Below, in pieces: positions 47,591 through 56,823 of a stretch of DNA of 64,000 nucleotides (within the stretch, counting starts at the first letter, position 1; the number at the start of each line of letters is the position of its first letter). The notes beneath the pieces were generated by a model that made no database searches, had not been told where the DNA came from, and was given only the letters and a program-made list of their open reading frames with translations. The position numbers and the translations under genes are program-made. Location: assembly GCA_021825585.1 (NCBI GenBank), contig JAKAGT010000022.1, positions 2,807-66,806 on the forward strand, read 5' to 3'. This stretch comes from Bacteroidota bacterium (GTDB lineage Bacteria > Bacteroidota > Ignavibacteria > Kryptoniales > JAKASW01).

Positions 47591-48823
47591 CTATACCATT
47601 CTTTTTATAACTACCAGGGTCTTATCATCAGCATACTTGGACGATGCCGAAAACTTCTGCACACTCTCCATAAGGTGATAACAGATCTCTCGCGGGGACA
47701 GATCGGCGACCTCAGACAATCTTCTCTTCAGTCTATCTTCACCGAAAAACGCGAAATCGCTGTCGGTAGCTTCCGTAATTCCGTCCGTGTAAAGGAGAAG
47801 GATATCGCCCTTCTCAAAATTGACGTTCCCGACTCTGTACTTCGCATCGGGCGCGACTCCAAGAGCGGGTCCTGTCGTGTCGAGTTGAAGTATCTCTGAC
47901 TTATGCTTGCTGAAAAAGATCGGCTGATTGTGTCCTGCATTCACATAAAGAAACAGTCCGCTTTTCTCGTCCGTAAATTCGCCGTAAAAAAGGGTTACGA
48001 AACGTGAATCGGAAAAAGTCGAGTTGACAAGATTGTTTATCTTCTTAACCAGCGAAGCCATGTTCGTCTGAAGCTCCACTCCCATCTTCAATGCACCCGA
48101 GACATACAGGGCTTCAACGGCTGCGCTCAACCCCTTGCTCGCTGCATCCCCGATGGCGACGCCGAGCCGCTCGCCATCTTCACCAGCCGGGAGATAATCG
48201 AAGAAGTCGCCTCCCACCACCCGTTCGGGTATCGATACACCAAACATCTTATATGACCCGTATTTCTGCTCATGATCCGGGAGGATGCTGCGCTGGATGT
48301 CTCTCGCCTTGTCCAGATCCTGTTCAAGCTGCTTCGTCCGGGCGAGAGCATGCCTGCCGCGCAATACCGCCGTGGCAGCGCTTCCGATAACATTCAGATT
48401 GTCGAACAACTCGGGATTTTCCCCATCTGTGTTGAAGGCGAGGATGTACTGGTAAAGCGGGATTCCCTTCACCTTCAGTTTCTCGCCGACGCCGGTTGCG
48501 GAATAACTTTCTATGCCCCCCTTCCGAAGAGCCTGGTTCCGTTCAGATGTAAGCAATGTCTTCTGGCTGCCGATCCGGACGAAGTCGAGATACTCGGAGA
48601 CCTTAATCACGAAACCTTCCGATAAGGATCTGACCTGCCCGAGCTGCTTCACAAGGACATAGGCATTCTTCCTCGGAATGAGTTTCCAGATTCTCCCGCC
48701 TTTGATTCTGATTTCATCGGAACTTATAATCTCCTGCACCACACTCGCCAGTACTTCTTCATCGTTCTTATGATCTTTGGATGCAATTTTTTCAATCGCG
48801 TGATAGAGCTGTCTTTGATTCAT
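47591..48823 (-). CDS. GAF-like sensor domain + PP2C/SpoIIE-family serine phosphatase
   Basis: 410 aa. The C-terminal half has GGDFFDY ... GDAASKGLSAA ... NAGHNQP ... LLYTDGITEA (SpoIIE/RsbU-type PP2C). The ~170-aa N-terminal domain is of sensor (GAF-like) size. Confidence 0.8.
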   Translation of the reverse strand: MNQRQLYHAIEKIASKDHKNDEEVLASVVQEIISSDEIRIKGGRIWKLIPRKNAYVLVKQLGQVRSLSEGFVIKVSEYLDFVRIGSQKTLLTSERNQALRKGGIESYSATGVGEKLKVKGIPLYQYILAFNTDGENPELFDNLNVIGSAATAVLRGRHALARTKQLEQDLDKARDIQRSILPDHEQKYGSYKMFGVSIPERVVGGDFFDYLPAGEDGERLGVAIGDAASKGLSAAVEALYVSGALKMGVELQTNMASLVKKINNLVNSTFSDSRFVTLFYGEFTDEKSGLFLYVNAGHNQPIFFSKHKSEILQLDTTGPALGVAPDAKYRVGNVNFEKGDILLLYTDGITEATDSDFAFFGEDRLKRRLSEVADLSPREICYHLMESVQKFSASSKYADDKTLVVIKRMV

Positions 48824-50343
48824 CAGTAGTTAATCTTTCTCCATCGTTCCACGACATTATCGACGTCAACTGCGGGCGGAAGTATACTCCACTTGGTGTA
48901 GAAATCGACATCTTTGCTTCTTGGAAATGGATTTGGCGCGTCAATCTTTGTGCGCAGAGGAAGAATGCATGCATCACCGAGGAGGAGGCCCTCGCCCTGC
49001 TTGAGTGCGGGAACAATGTCAAGAAGATCCGACATCGAATCGGGGACCAGCTTGGCGATGTAGGCCTGGTCGTCAGGGTTTGACAATCGCAATGCGACGA
49101 AGTTGCTGCACTGGGACAGTATGGACTCCGAGATATCCAGCGGACGCTGCCCCACGATCATACAACTGACGCCGTATTTTCTCCCTTCCTTGACGACGCG
49201 CTCGATCGTCCTGCGGGCTGTCTGCGATGAGCTGTGATCGCTCAAATAATTATGCGCTTCTTCGAGCACAAGAAGGATGGGCACGTTCGCACGATACGGG
49301 TTCCACATGTTGAAGTCGAACACCAGCCTGGCAAGCAGCGAGACAAGACCGTTGATCACCTCCGGCGGCACGTTGCTCAGGTTCAGGACGACAACCGACT
49401 TCCCGGATTTCAAACCGAACAGCGATTCAATCAGCTGTGAAAATGTCTCTGTTGACCTAAACCTCTTAGGCTTGAACAGGAATTCGAAGCGCTTGTCATT
49501 CATCCGCGAATCGAATTTGAATACAAACCTGGTGAAATTCCCGTAGAACGGGCCCTCTTTACCGTCCTGGAGCCGCTCCGTATCGAGGGCCTGCATCTTT
49601 ACCTTGATGTCGTTTATGTCGAAATACACCGGCGAATCCACCGTGATGAAGTCCTTGTACGGAAGATTCTTAAGTCTCTTGCTGTTGACAATTATCTCCG
49701 AAAGGGCCACTGTTTCCGTTCGCGCGAACGGGTCGTCGCGGTCGATAAAAGTTTCCGCAAACTCGTCAAAATTCATGGCCCAGTACGGAAGTTCGAACTC
49801 GCCGATGTTCAGCTTTTCGGCAAGGTCTCCGAAGGCTTCACCATATTCGTCATGCAGATCGAGCAGGATTATGCGCGCGCCCGGGAGCTTCGCAACCTTC
49901 TGCAGTATCGAGGCAACTGCGCAGGATTTACCGGAACCGGTCGCACCGACAACCGCGACATGTCTGCTGAAGAACTTGTCCGGGTCTATGTAATTCTTTT
50001 TCCCCTCCAGGGCGGATATGTCTCCGAAGGCGAAATCGTACCTGCGGTACGCGTTGAATACTAAATCGAGTTCCGCCTCCGAGGGTATGTCGACAGGCGC
50101 ACCCGGCCACGGGAGCTGTTCCGTCCCGCGCTCGAACTTCCCGGCTCCGAAACGTCCGAACAGGTTCGCAGAGAACTTGACTACGTCCCCCTCACCCATT
50201 TCGAGAGACGTGACCACGCCGATGATCCTGTAATCGTGCATCGACACCGAGACAAATGATCCGACGCTGAAGCTCTCGGCGGCAAGTGTCTCACCTGTTA
50301 TTGTGGCCCCGCGGACTGAAACGACTTTGCCGATTGGTCCCAT
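48823..50343 (-). CDS. HerA-like (DUF87/FtsK-type) P-loop ATPase
   Basis: 506 aa. N-terminal small barrel (IGKVVSVRGATITGE...IIGVVTSLE). Walker A VAVVGATGSGKS. Walker B ARIILLDLHDEY. Later LVLEEAHNY and MIVGQRP motifs are typical of HerA/DUF87 ATPases. Confidence 0.75.
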   Translation of the reverse strand: MGPIGKVVSVRGATITGETLAAESFSVGSFVSVSMHDYRIIGVVTSLEMGEGDVVKFSANLFGRFGAGKFERGTEQLPWPGAPVDIPSEAELDLVFNAYRRYDFAFGDISALEGKKNYIDPDKFFSRHVAVVGATGSGKSCAVASILQKVAKLPGARIILLDLHDEYGEAFGDLAEKLNIGEFELPYWAMNFDEFAETFIDRDDPFARTETVALSEIIVNSKRLKNLPYKDFITVDSPVYFDINDIKVKMQALDTERLQDGKEGPFYGNFTRFVFKFDSRMNDKRFEFLFKPKRFRSTETFSQLIESLFGLKSGKSVVVLNLSNVPPEVINGLVSLLARLVFDFNMWNPYRANVPILLVLEEAHNYLSDHSSSQTARRTIERVVKEGRKYGVSCMIVGQRPLDISESILSQCSNFVALRLSNPDDQAYIAKLVPDSMSDLLDIVPALKQGEGLLLGDACILPLRTKIDAPNPFPRSKDVDFYTKWSILPPAVDVDNVVERWRKINY

Positions 50344-52986
50344 CTATTCTTCCTTTTCCGCCATTTTCTTGATCTCGGCAATCTTGTTAAGCGCTTCGAC
50401 CGGAGTGAGGTTGTCAACATCGACATCCTTGATTTTCCTTCGAAGCTCTTCGTCGCCAAGCTGGAACATTTCAATCTGAAGGTCGCCGCTCCGGGCTTTC
50501 GAAAGGACGCGGCGCGGTTTCGGCATTCCTGCAGCGGGCTGTGCCGCCGCAGACTCGGTTGCCGAAAGTTCAAACGACTCGAGGTTCCTGAGAATTTCTT
50601 TTGCACGCGAGGTTACCGCCCTGGGCAGACCTGCCATCTCGGCCACGTGAATTCCGTAACTGTGGTCGGCGCTCCCCTCGACAATCTTGTGGAGGAAGAT
50701 CACTTTGCCGCCGTATTCCCTCACGTCGGCCTTGAAGTTCTTCACACGCGGATAAAGATCCGACAGGTCGTTCAGCTCGTGGTAGTGAGTGGCAAAAAGC
50801 GTTCGCGCGGCGCGCGAAGGATTCTGATGAAGGTATTCCACCATCGACCAGGCGATAGACACGCCGTCGAAAGTGCTCGTGCCTCTCCCGATCTCGTCAA
50901 GCAGGACGAGACTTCGTGATGTGGCGTTGTTGAGAATGTTCGCCGCCTCCTGCATCTCGACCATGAACGTGCTTTCGCCCGCACTGATGTTATCCGAGGC
51001 GCCGATCCTGGTAAACATCTTGTCCACGACGCCTATCCGTGCCCTCCTGGCGGGAACAAACGAGCCGGCCTGTGCCAGAAGTATTATGACGGCAATCTGT
51101 CGGATGAAGACGCTTTTGCCGGCCATATTCGGGCCGGTTATGAGCGCAATCTGTTCCTTCCCTTCTTTCAAAACAATGTCGTTGGGCACGAAGCTTTCGC
51201 CGCTCGGCAGGACTCTCTCGACGACCGGGTGCCGTCCCTCTTCAATTTCCACATCGCGCGAATCATCGACGGTCGGCCGGACATAATTGTTTTCATACGC
51301 AGTCTTAGCAAATGACAGAAGCAAATCGGTCAATGCTATAGCCCGTGAAGTATCCAGGAGGGATGAAGAATGCGAGGCGACATCATCGAGCAGCTTTTCG
51401 AACAGCTCCGTCTCCAATTTCTGAATCTTCTCCTCCGCGTGCAGGACTTTCTCTTCGTATTCCTTCAGCTCCTGGGTGATGAAACGCTCGGCGTTGACAA
51501 GCGTCTGCTTCCGGATATAATTCTCGGGGACGCGAGAGAGATTCGATTTGGTAACCTCTATATAGTAACCGAAGACGGTGTTATAATCGACTTTCAGAGA
51601 CGGAATCCCGGTACGCTGGCGCTCGGTCACCTGCATCCTGGCAATCCAGTCCTTGGCGTTGAAGGCAAGGTCGCGCAGCTCATCAAGTTCCGCCAGATAG
51701 CCTTTCCTTATCACGCCTCCGTCGGAAGCGCGGGCGGGAAGATCGTCGGCCAGAGACTCCGACAGCTTCTTCAAGAGTTCGGCTTCCGGGCTGATCTGCG
51801 AATGCGTCACCCGCCAGAGCTCGCATTTAAGCTCTCCGGCCCGCTCCCTGATAGCAGGGAGCCTCGACAACATCGTGCGAAGAGCCCCGAGTTCACGCGG
51901 GGAGGCACGTTTGGTCGAAACGCGCGCTACAAGTCTTTCAAGGTCTCCAAAACCGGAGAGATGGCTGCTCAACTCGCCCCTTACCCTCGAATTTTTCAGC
52001 AGTTCTTCCACCGCATCAAGCCTCGCGGTAATTTCCGCGACCTTCTTCAGCGGCTGCAAAAGCACGCGCCGAAGCATCCTGGCGCCCATCGCAGTCTCGG
52101 TCGAGTCGAGAATGCCGACCAACGTCGCGCCGCTTTCCACGGCGCTGTCGACGATTTCGAGGTGCTTTCGGCTCGTGCGGTTTATTTCCAGAAAATCGGT
52201 GGACGTGAATTCGGACATGCCGACGATGTGCGACAAGTTCCCGTTCTGCGTCTCGGCAAGATAATCGAGCGAGGCTCCCGCCGCCTGTATCGCCAGCGGC
52301 CTGGACTCGAGGCCGTAACCCTTCAGACTCTGTACCTTGAAATGATGTATGAGCTTGTCGTATGCGTAGTCGAAGTTGAATATATAATCGTCGCGCCTGG
52401 TGACGATCGCTTTTCTCAGGCAATTCTGAATCAGAGGTTCGAGGTTGTCGGCCATGTTCCGCGGCACCACTACCTCCAGCGGCTCGATCCTCGTAAGATA
52501 GGTCTCGATCTGGTCCAGCTCACCCTGTGCGAAGTTGAACTCTCCTGTGGTCGCGTCGCAGAACACGAGTCCGAAGTTCCTGTCATCCGTCGTCAGGGTT
52601 GCGAAGTAATTGTTCACCCTGTCGGACTCGTTGGAGAAGTTGACACCCGGTGTGACAACCTCGACGATATCGCGTTTAACTATACCCTTCGCGAATTTCG
52701 GATCTTCCATCTGCTCGCAGACCGCGACCCTGTAGCCCGCCTTGACAAGCCTGGGAAGATACTGATTGATCGCGTGGTGAGGGAAGCCGGCGAGAGGAAT
52801 ATCTGCGGCGGCGCCGTTGGCACGTCTCGTCAATGTCAGAGACAAGACCGAACTCGCAATCTTCGCGTCCTCTTCGAAGGTCTCATAAAAGTCGCCCATC
52901 CTGAACAGCACTACGGCGTCAGGATAGCGGTCCTTGACCTTTCGGTATTGCATCATCAATGGTGTGATCGGGCCGCCCTTACTCAT
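50344..52986 (-). CDS. mutS: DNA mismatch repair protein MutS
   Basis: 880 aa. N-terminal TPLMQQY...FRMGDFYETF mismatch-binding motif. Walker A ITGPNMAGKS. LLDEIGRGTSTFDG. FATHYHEL. Confidence 0.95.
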   Translation of the reverse strand: MSKGGPITPLMMQYRKVKDRYPDAVVLFRMGDFYETFEEDAKIASSVLSLTLTRRANGAAADIPLAGFPHHAINQYLPRLVKAGYRVAVCEQMEDPKFAKGIVKRDIVEVVTPGVNFSNESDRVNNYFATLTTDDRNFGLVFCDATTGEFNFAQGELDQIETYLTRIEPLEVVVPRNMADNLEPLIQNCLRKAIVTRRDDYIFNFDYAYDKLIHHFKVQSLKGYGLESRPLAIQAAGASLDYLAETQNGNLSHIVGMSEFTSTDFLEINRTSRKHLEIVDSAVESGATLVGILDSTETAMGARMLRRVLLQPLKKVAEITARLDAVEELLKNSRVRGELSSHLSGFGDLERLVARVSTKRASPRELGALRTMLSRLPAIRERAGELKCELWRVTHSQISPEAELLKKLSESLADDLPARASDGGVIRKGYLAELDELRDLAFNAKDWIARMQVTERQRTGIPSLKVDYNTVFGYYIEVTKSNLSRVPENYIRKQTLVNAERFITQELKEYEEKVLHAEEKIQKLETELFEKLLDDVASHSSSLLDTSRAIALTDLLLSFAKTAYENNYVRPTVDDSRDVEIEEGRHPVVERVLPSGESFVPNDIVLKEGKEQIALITGPNMAGKSVFIRQIAVIILLAQAGSFVPARRARIGVVDKMFTRIGASDNISAGESTFMVEMQEAANILNNATSRSLVLLDEIGRGTSTFDGVSIAWSMVEYLHQNPSRAARTLFATHYHELNDLSDLYPRVKNFKADVREYGGKVIFLHKIVEGSADHSYGIHVAEMAGLPRAVTSRAKEILRNLESFELSATESAAAQPAAGMPKPRRVLSKARSGDLQIEMFQLGDEELRRKIKDVDVDNLTPVEALNKIAEIKKMAEKEE

Positions 52987-53264
52987 CTGCTTCGGATTGA
53001 TTTTTTCCTGAAATTAAGTGTCGACGCAACTTCTATGACACGGAGAAAGCCCGCATATTTTCCCCTGTCGCGAAAACAATTGTCTCCGCCGGAAAGGACG
53101 GTAAGTTGCAGGGTTTCCTCTCTGTTTCTCACGTGTGCTTAGAATATACTTGAGGGGTAAAAGTTTATCAAGAAGCGACACGGCGAAGGATAAGACTGGT
53201 GGAATGAGAAACATCTCTCCAACGCTTGAATGAGTAAGCGAGATCATAGACGGAAAAAGAAGCT

Positions 53265-53939
53265 CTATTGCTCCTCTCGTTTCTCGAAAATCTTATCAGA
53301 CAGTCCCGTGTTTATCTTGTAGTTTGAATAGTAGACTTCCACCGTCCCCTTCATCTGGTTCATCTGCATTCGTCGGCCTTCGAACTCCCGGCCCTGTGTA
53401 TTCACCTTTCCGATGTCCAGTTTTACATCGACTTTTACAGGCATCATGAAACCATCAAACTCTCCATAGGTTATCTTGGCGCTTGCAGTCCTGCCGGGAG
53501 AAGGTGCTGTGCCGATCTCCCGGATCAGCCAGTCCTTTTCGTCGATAGTCAGGACAATGTCATGATTTCCGGATTCGTCTTTCTTCGGAGTCAGCGAAAG
53601 CCGGACGGCCGGTTCACCTTCATAAGTCAGGGTATCCAGGACCTGAATCACATACTTATCGGGATTGAATTTCCTCGGATTGATGACTCCCACTTCCCTC
53701 GGCATGAAGAAAAGTCCCTTTGAATCGATCTTCACTTTGTCCGGCTCCTTGAAATAGACTTTGGCTTCCATGTCGGGCGCCTTGACGGCCTCGAGGTCGA
53801 GATGCACCTTCACATCAACCACGTAGCCTTTTATCCCCTTGAACTTCGCGATTGCATTATCGAGGTACTTCAATCCTTCGTTCTGCGCCGGCGGAGAAAC
53901 AAGGAACAGTAGTCCGAACAATATTGATAACAGGTTCAT
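53265..53939 (-). CDS. secreted LolA-like / outer-membrane-lipoprotein-sorting-like protein
   Basis: The track ORF 53265..54593 is an artefactual extension. The real start is MNLLSILFGLLFLVSPPAQN (complement of 53939-53937), which overlaps the ABC-2 permease stop by 1 nt. 224 aa with a signal peptide and an all-beta pattern resembling LolA-like proteins. The fold call is from sequence feel only. Confidence 0.5.
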   Translation of the reverse strand: MNLLSILFGLLFLVSPPAQNEGLKYLDNAIAKFKGIKGYVVDVKVHLDLEAVKAPDMEAKVYFKEPDKVKIDSKGLFFMPREVGVINPRKFNPDKYVIQVLDTLTYEGEPAVRLSLTPKKDESGNHDIVLTIDEKDWLIREIGTAPSPGRTASAKITYGEFDGFMMPVKVDVKLDIGKVNTQGREFEGRRMQMNQMKGTVEVYYSNYKINTGLSDKIFEKREEQ

Positions 53940-54781
53940 CAGCTCTTTATGTCCTTTCTGACGAATACGAAACAGGCAATGGCAAAGAAGACAGCGTCGT
54001 ACCCTAGCAGTGCAAGTGCATATTTGCCGACTTCGCCCCAGTCGACCGGGCTGTTTAAAAGCAGCTGCCAGATGCCCATGTAGGTTGTGAATAAATACGG
54101 CCGCAGCGATTCCAGAAATTCGAACGGTAAACTCCCAATGACGAAGGATATTATCACCACGGCGATCGATCCGATTATCGGGCCGATGGAATTGTCGACG
54201 AGAGTCGAAAAAAGAAACGCGAGTGAACCGACAACCGACATCGACAATATAGCCGCGATGAATGCCAGCACAGTGCTCATCGCAGCGTCGTGCGCCGGGA
54301 GAATCACGATGTGCGGCATCGACGTTTGAAACCTTATCAGATCCCCGCCGCCGAAGAATGCGAGCCCAATCCCGATGCAGAGCGTACCCATGAACAGGAT
54401 CAGCAGAGCGGTGTAGAACAACATCGCGAAGAACTTGGCCGTAAATATCTTCGACCGGGAAGGGGGGCGTATCAGGATGAATCTGAGAGTCCCGGAAGTA
54501 GCTTCCGAAGAGACCATGTCGCCGGCGACGAGCGCTACCAGGAACGGCACGTGAATGTAGAGCGAGTTCATTATGAAAGCTGTGATCACCCATGCGTTAA
54601 GCATACTTCCGGAGATCAGGAAGTCGCCGCTCATGCCGTGCGAGAAATTCTGTGCCATCCTCGCCTCGTTGAGCTTTATGATTACCTCCAGCAAGATGAC
54701 AGCGCCTGCTACTACGACGAAGCCGATGTACGTGCGCCAGCGGCGGAAGGTCTTCTTGACCTCGATCGAGAAGAGGCTCAT
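53939..54781 (-). CDS. ABC-2-type exporter permease
   Basis: 280 aa with 6 TM helices. It overlaps the upstream ATPase stop by 4 nt. Confidence 0.75.
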   Translation of the reverse strand: MSLFSIEVKKTFRRWRTYIGFVVVAGAVILLEVIIKLNEARMAQNFSHGMSGDFLISGSMLNAWVITAFIMNSLYIHVPFLVALVAGDMVSSEATSGTLRFILIRPPSRSKIFTAKFFAMLFYTALLILFMGTLCIGIGLAFFGGGDLIRFQTSMPHIVILPAHDAAMSTVLAFIAAILSMSVVGSLAFLFSTLVDNSIGPIIGSIAVVIISFVIGSLPFEFLESLRPYLFTTYMGIWQLLLNSPVDWGEVGKYALALLGYDAVFFAIACFVFVRKDIKS

Positions 54782-55692
54782 ACTTCCGACGCTCCTTCCG
54801 TCACCTTGAGGAAGTAGTCTTCAAGGGACCGCTTGGCCGCAAAAGAGGAAACGTCCAAACCGCCCGTAACAAGAAGTTTGTTCAGCTCGGCCGCCCTACG
54901 GGACTCGATGCGGACTTCGATTCCATTCCCGACGGACACGACTTCAACCCACGGATTCTTTTTCAGAAGTTCGAGAGCGCCCTCCTGTGGCGAAACCAGA
55001 ATCGAGTAGTAAGAGGAGTCGCCTCCGAGAAGATCGGATACGGGTCCCTGCGCTATCAATTCTCCGTGATTCAGGACGGCCATCCTGTTGGCGACTGCTT
55101 CCACCTCCGTGAGGAGATGCGAAGAGAGAAATATTGTCGTGCCATGCTCCTTTGAGAGTTTGAGGACGAGCTCGCGCACCTCCTTCATGCCCTGCGGATC
55201 GAGTCCCGACGTCGGTTCATCGAGGATCACAAGGTCGGGTTTGGTGAGGATCGCCTGGGCGATCCCGAGACGCTGTTTCATGCCGTGAGAGAATGTCTTC
55301 ACCTTGTCGTCAGCCCTGGCAATGAGTCCTACAATCTCAAGCGCCTCCAGTATCTCTTCCCTTTTCACTTTGCGCGTGAGTGAACCGAGGACCTCCAGGT
55401 TCTTGTATGCAGAAAGATACAGGTAGAAATCCGGCTTTTCGACTATGCCGCAAACTCTTGAGAGCACGGATCGCCTTTCCTCCCTCGCGTCCTTCCCGAA
55501 AATTCTCACGCTTCCGGAAGTCGGAAGGAGGAGTGTCAGGATCATCCTGATCGTGGTGCTCTTGCCGGCACCGTTAGGCCCGAGGAAGCCAAACACATCT
55601 CCGGCATTTACTTCAAGGTTCAGGTCCTTGACCGCCCACCGGCTGCCGAACCTCTTGCTGAGGCCTGCAGTCCGCAATATAGCCTCTGACAT
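54778..55692 (-). CDS. ABC transporter ATP-binding protein (ABC-2/DrrA-like)
   Basis: 304 aa. Walker [10 protein letters not shown]. Signature [14 protein letters not shown]. Walker [14 protein letters not shown]-terminal accessory domain. Confidence 0.9.
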   Translation of the reverse strand: MSEAILRTAGLSKRFGSRWAVKDLNLEVNAGDVFGFLGPNGAGKSTTIRMILTLLLPTSGSVRIFGKDAREERRSVLSRVCGIVEKPDFYLYLSAYKNLEVLGSLTRKVKREEILEALEIVGLIARADDKVKTFSHGMKQRLGIAQAILTKPDLVILDEPTSGLDPQGMKEVRELVLKLSKEHGTTIFLSSHLLTEVEAVANRMAVLNHGELIAQGPVSDLLGGDSSYYSILVSPQEGALELLKKNPWVEVVSVGNGIEVRIESRRAAELNKLLVTGGLDVSSFAAKRSLEDYFLKVTEGASEV

Positions 55693-55765
55693 CCGCGTTC
55701 TTTCCCGCTAATTCAAGTTATGTCTATGAAGTCCGCATGCTGTTGAAAATAATCTTGACCCCGAA

Positions 55766-56074
55766 TTAAGTCCGCGATTCTTCATTCGATTCAAAGTCAA
55801 CCGATTTAATACTATCGCATATCTCGCCGATATGTTTCAGGACTTCCAGATGGTGCGGGTGTCTGTTGTACCGCTGCAACGCATCCGGATCCTCAAAACC
55901 GGAGATGAGTCCGAAGTCGAACGATCTTTCTGATTTTACAATGTTGCGTCCGAATTCATATTCCTTAATCTCGGAAATGACGGACGGAAGTGCGCCCAGG
56001 CCCTGTTCCAGCTTCAATTTATCATTCTCTGTAACGTTCGACTTGAATTTGAAGAGCACCACATGCTTTATCAT
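55766..56074 (-). CDS. Dabb (stress-responsive alpha/beta-barrel) domain protein
   Basis: 102 aa. MIKHVVLFKFK ... H..V start and layout are typical of Dabb proteins. Confidence 0.7.
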   Translation of the reverse strand: MIKHVVLFKFKSNVTENDKLKLEQGLGALPSVISEIKEYEFGRNIVKSERSFDFGLISGFEDPDALQRYNRHPHHLEVLKHIGEICDSIKSVDFESNEESRT

Positions 56075-56079
56075 ATTTC

Positions 56080-56613
56080 TTATCCTATGATGAAGGTTTC
56101 TTTGATGTCATTTATAAGAAAGTACACGCCTGTCAGGAGTGCACCACAGCAGGATGCAATCCCGACTACGAAGACCGTCTCCGAGACCGGTGAGGCGAGG
56201 CTCATGTCGCCCAGGCGGTTGAAAATCCAGTTCCAATCATGAATGGCACTGTCGGAAATCAGCGGAAGGCGCTTGTACGGTGCATCTCCGATATAGACGG
56301 AAACGTTGACCAGATTCTGCCCGAGCCAATACAGAGTTGCGATAAGCGTCCGGAAACCCGACTTCAGGAATACCCAGACAGCAAGCGACGGAAGGACTAT
56401 CTGCATCAGTGAACCGCCCATGAAATAGATCATCCTTCCCAGGAAGCCGAAAACAAAGTGGCCGCCCTCATGAATGAAAAGGTCGATCGTATCGATGGTC
56501 CAGAGAACGAACGGCATGTGCAGCCGGCCCTGGAAGGTCTGGTAGTCGGTGGCGAGAAACCATGTCAGGTAGGCCACGGCCGCAACCAGAAGGATGTCGA
56601 GCAACAATATCAT
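56080..56613 (-). CDS. small polytopic membrane protein with HExxH motif (putative intramembrane metallopeptidase-like)
   Basis: The track ORF runs to 56784. I favour Met58 (MILLLDILLVAAVAYL, complement of 56613-56611), because the first 57 aa look non-protein-like. FIHEGGHFVFGF is an H-E-x-x-H motif at the edge of a TM helix. 4-5 TM helices. Confidence 0.5.
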   Translation of the reverse strand: MILLLDILLVAAVAYLTWFLATDYQTFQGRLHMPFVLWTIDTIDLFIHEGGHFVFGFLGRMIYFMGGSLMQIVLPSLAVWVFLKSGFRTLIATLYWLGQNLVNVSVYIGDAPYKRLPLISDSAIHDWNWIFNRLGDMSLASPVSETVFVVGIASCCGALLTGVYFLINDIKETFIIG

Positions 56614-56823
56614 TTTATTCAAGACTTCTGCCCTCTTCTGCCCAAAAGATAGCGACTGGGGTACCAAGAAACACGCCAATACTGCATCATCCCGCCGGAA
56701 TTTTTTCTTCCGAGGCAATTCGCTAAAGAAAGAAATTGATCTGCCGATAAGGAAGTGAATGGGCATAGCCCGAAAAACGTGCAACTTACACTATTCAAAA
56801 AAGAAGACTAAAGGACATTTGAC

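Noticed and set aside
42391-50343. Classification of the HerA-like and UvrD-like genes as a known anti-phage system (HerA-Sir2, HerA-DUF4297, Gabija-like, etc.)
   Set aside because: No Sir2, DUF4297, TOPRIM/OLD nuclease or other effector gene is present. The neighbours are mutS and thyX-like housekeeping-type genes. There are no flanking mobile-element or island signatures. I kept it only as an unusual operon, not as a defence call.
51370-53142. 590-aa ORF on the + strand, the longest unexplained ORF in the track
   Set aside because: It lies opposite mutS, which has every canonical motif. It then runs on across the mutS start into the upstream non-coding region. The translation is R/L/G-rich low-complexity sequence with no motif. 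It looks like a typical antisense shadow frame in which stop codons are depleted by the sense-strand codon usage.
53014-53247. 77-aa minus-strand ORF in the mutS upstream region
   Set aside because: It has no recognisable features and a basic, low-complexity C-terminus. The region more likely holds the mutS promoter.
53940-54593. N-terminal 218 aa of the listed 442-aa minus-strand ORF 53265..54593
   Set aside because: This part overlaps the ABC-2 permease gene in another frame and is His/Arg-rich nonsense. The real protein starts at the internal Met with a signal peptide (53939).
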